From: Flaccisagitta enflata
Lineage: Eukaryota
DNA: 64,000 bases
Reading direction: 5' to 3'
NCBI GenBank assembly: GCA_965153355.1
Contig: OZ231126.1
Location: 39,928,001 to 39,992,000 of the forward strand
Position 1 is the stretch's first letter, and every line of letters begins with the position of its first letter. Positions 61,513 to 64,000 of this stretch are shown piece by piece. The notes under the pieces are model-generated. The model saw only the letters and a list, made by a program, of their open reading frames with translations. It did no database searches and had not been told where the DNA came from. Both the position numbers and the translations under genes were made by a program.

Positions 61513-63842
61513 GCACAAGAAATCTTCATCCAAGGCCTGGGAGGGCTTCATCCAAGGCCTTAGAGGTCTGATATAAAGTCTGATTTGATGTCTGAGGGGT
61601 AATTTTGAGCTCTTTAAAGCTAAATACAAGCCTGATAGAGCTGAGGGGGCAAAATTGAACTCTGAGAGGGCTGATGGGATGGTGGAGAGGGACTGACACA
61701 CAAACAAATGAGCGAACCAAGAAAAGCCTCCTGTGTTCTTGAGTACTTCTTGAAACAGTGACACAAATGGAGGGATAGAGGCATAGGGAAGGAGAGCAAT
61801 AATGGGAAGCACTTTACGAGACTTAAGACGGGCTGGAGTGCAGAACATCCCGACACTCTGCCCTAAACACGCTTAAGGATTTCAAGTGACTAACCAATTT
61901 GATCTGTTATGGGTGGAATTCCGTTACAGCCAAATCGGGACTATAAACTTGCATTCATTGTGGGCCGAATTCCATTATTGGCGGGTCCGTTAGAGCGGGG
62001 TTCAACTGAACTTCACTTTCTGTGAACTCTTAAAATACTGTGGCGGTCATAAGAAAGTTTTAAAGCTGTGATGATTGTCACAGATCCACATCGCTTTTCG
62101 ACTCTGGTGGAGAAAATGGACGGGAACTCAAATCGCCACTGGTAGCCAAATCACAAATTCCCTCTGTTATCTAGGTGGATAAAATCTTTCGTCCTGTAAC
62201 AAAAACGTATTCATTTGCGTAAAAATGAATACAAATCAATTACATATCCATCAATAATTATTGTGAGCTCCCTTTGACTGAATCATAGCAGCCGTTTGTT
62301 TTGGAGGCAATTTGTAGAGCTGTTCGAGTTACTCAGGAGTTGAGTCTTTCCAGACCTTTCTCTTGATTTTCTTTCTTTTTTTTTGTCTATTCTTTCGCTA
62401 CATTTAGTCTCACAGCATTCAAAAGAATCATCAAATCATAAAAAAGTCGGTGACTTAAATAAAGCCCTTCGAATTTGCAAGCAGGCAACGCAAATCGCAT
62501 CTATCTAGCTCAAGGCGTTTAGAAGTAATAAAAAAAGAGTGAAATGATATCATCAGAAGATTGTGTAGAAATGGCAAAAGTGATATTGAAGTGTTTCAAT
62601 CAAAAATGAATAGCTTTTGAACGCATAGAGCTAGAGGGATGCGGTTTGCGGCAATCTCTTGCAAATTTGAAGGGCTTTAATTTTTTCACCAATTTCTTGA
62701 TGATGTGTTGATTCTAACCTGAGATATGCATGTAAACCTACCGAAAGATTTTTTCCGCTTAGATAGTATTTTTAGTTGCAGGCGCGTGTCTCTATAACCT
62801 GCTATGATTTTCAGATGTTTTGTTGGTCGGTTGGTCAGGCAGTCCGTAACACTTTGGGAGACCTGTATCCGGCTATGTTGAGAAGGCAAAGTGTCCCTTG
62901 TCTTTGTTTAGGCTGCTTAGCTTAGCATGACTTGTAAACGCCCCCTTGAGAATAAACTTCTTTGCAATCATATTCATCTGTTAACATTATTTTTTGCGAC
63001 CTTTTATTTCTGTGATCATTTTCATTCCCTTCAAATTATAAATCAGGCCTGGCAATTGCTGTTTTTTTTTTTTCAATCCACATGTGTAGTTACACCTCGC
63101 TATAACAGGAGTAACGGAAATCCACCTATAACAAACATCATTTTCATAGTGGCAATGACAGAAATCTGCCAAAAAAATGAAAAAAAATTCGTCCATTGAC
63201 ATTCGTTATTGCGGTGTTCAACTGCCTCTCAGGCCCAACATCTGCCCTCTCAGATCCAAACATACAGCCCAAAAGGCCCTAAATCAGCCTTGTCAGGCCC
63301 AAAGTCAACCATTGCCGGCCTAGATTCAGACCTCTTATACTTAAAATCTGACCACTTGAGTCTCAATTCAGCCCTCAAAACAACCGACTCAGGTCTCTAA
63401 TCTGCTCTCGTCCCTGATCTAATTTGAGCCTTCGGACCCCCCACATCAGCCCGTGCCTGCCTCATTGCTGTGCTCTTATCAATCAAATCAGCCCTTAAAA
63501 GTGCCCTCTCAAGACATCTGGAAATTCACCCATGTATCCTATAGGACATCGGCCCTTTGGAGCCGCTGCCCTGCTCTCATTCCACTTTTTCAGCGGATCA
63601 CTCCAAGCAGGGCATTGGGTACCGCTGTTCATGTGCGATCCTTGGATGACTAGTTTTCATTCTTTTCCTTTCCTCATTCCTCCCTTTCTTTCATTCTTTC
63701 CTTCTTTCCCTCCTTCTTTCATCCTCTTTTTTTTTCGGTTCATATCGTTTTACATCTCTATCTGTCTGTCTTTCAGCCTGAGTGTCTGTTTGTCTGTCTG
63801 TATGTCTTTCTTTATTTCTTTCTTTCTTCCTTTCTCTCTTTT

Positions 63843-63942
<100 letters not shown>

Positions 63943-64000
63943 TATATTTGCTCCAATTGTCACATTTTTGCCGCCAAGAAATAATCGTACAATTGAGAAA

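Noticed and set aside
62260..62370. Minus-strand fragment resembling a Tc1 transposase C-terminus
   Set aside because: About 35 codons with a stop and no TIRs identified.

Overview
Repeat-dense animal (probably invertebrate) genomic DNA, saturated with (AG)n/(CA)n/(AAC)n/(AATG)n/(CTTT)n microsatellites. Most ORFs in the supplied track are microsatellite artefacts. Three host genes can be built by hand. (1) Two minus-strand exons (8873-8618, 247-82) join in phase and appear to encode the end of one carboxylesterase domain fused to the start of a second. (2) A complete 10-exon plus-strand steryl-sulfatase-like arylsulfatase (20405-39148, 716 aa by my exon arithmetic) carries a ~126-aa Ala/Glu insertion. 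(3) A CRP/muscle-LIM-like gene (52435-56032) has a frame broken by an 11-bp tandem duplication just before LIM2. Introns and intergenic DNA hold deeply nested transposons: a five-level stack at 9427-19915, hAT-type, TA-TSD, TTAA-TSD and Chapaev-like MITEs, and DINE-1/Helentron-like elements carrying minisatellite arrays. Degenerate 'echo' copies of splice junctions lie beside at least five exons. All homology calls come from motif recognition by eye; no database search was run.
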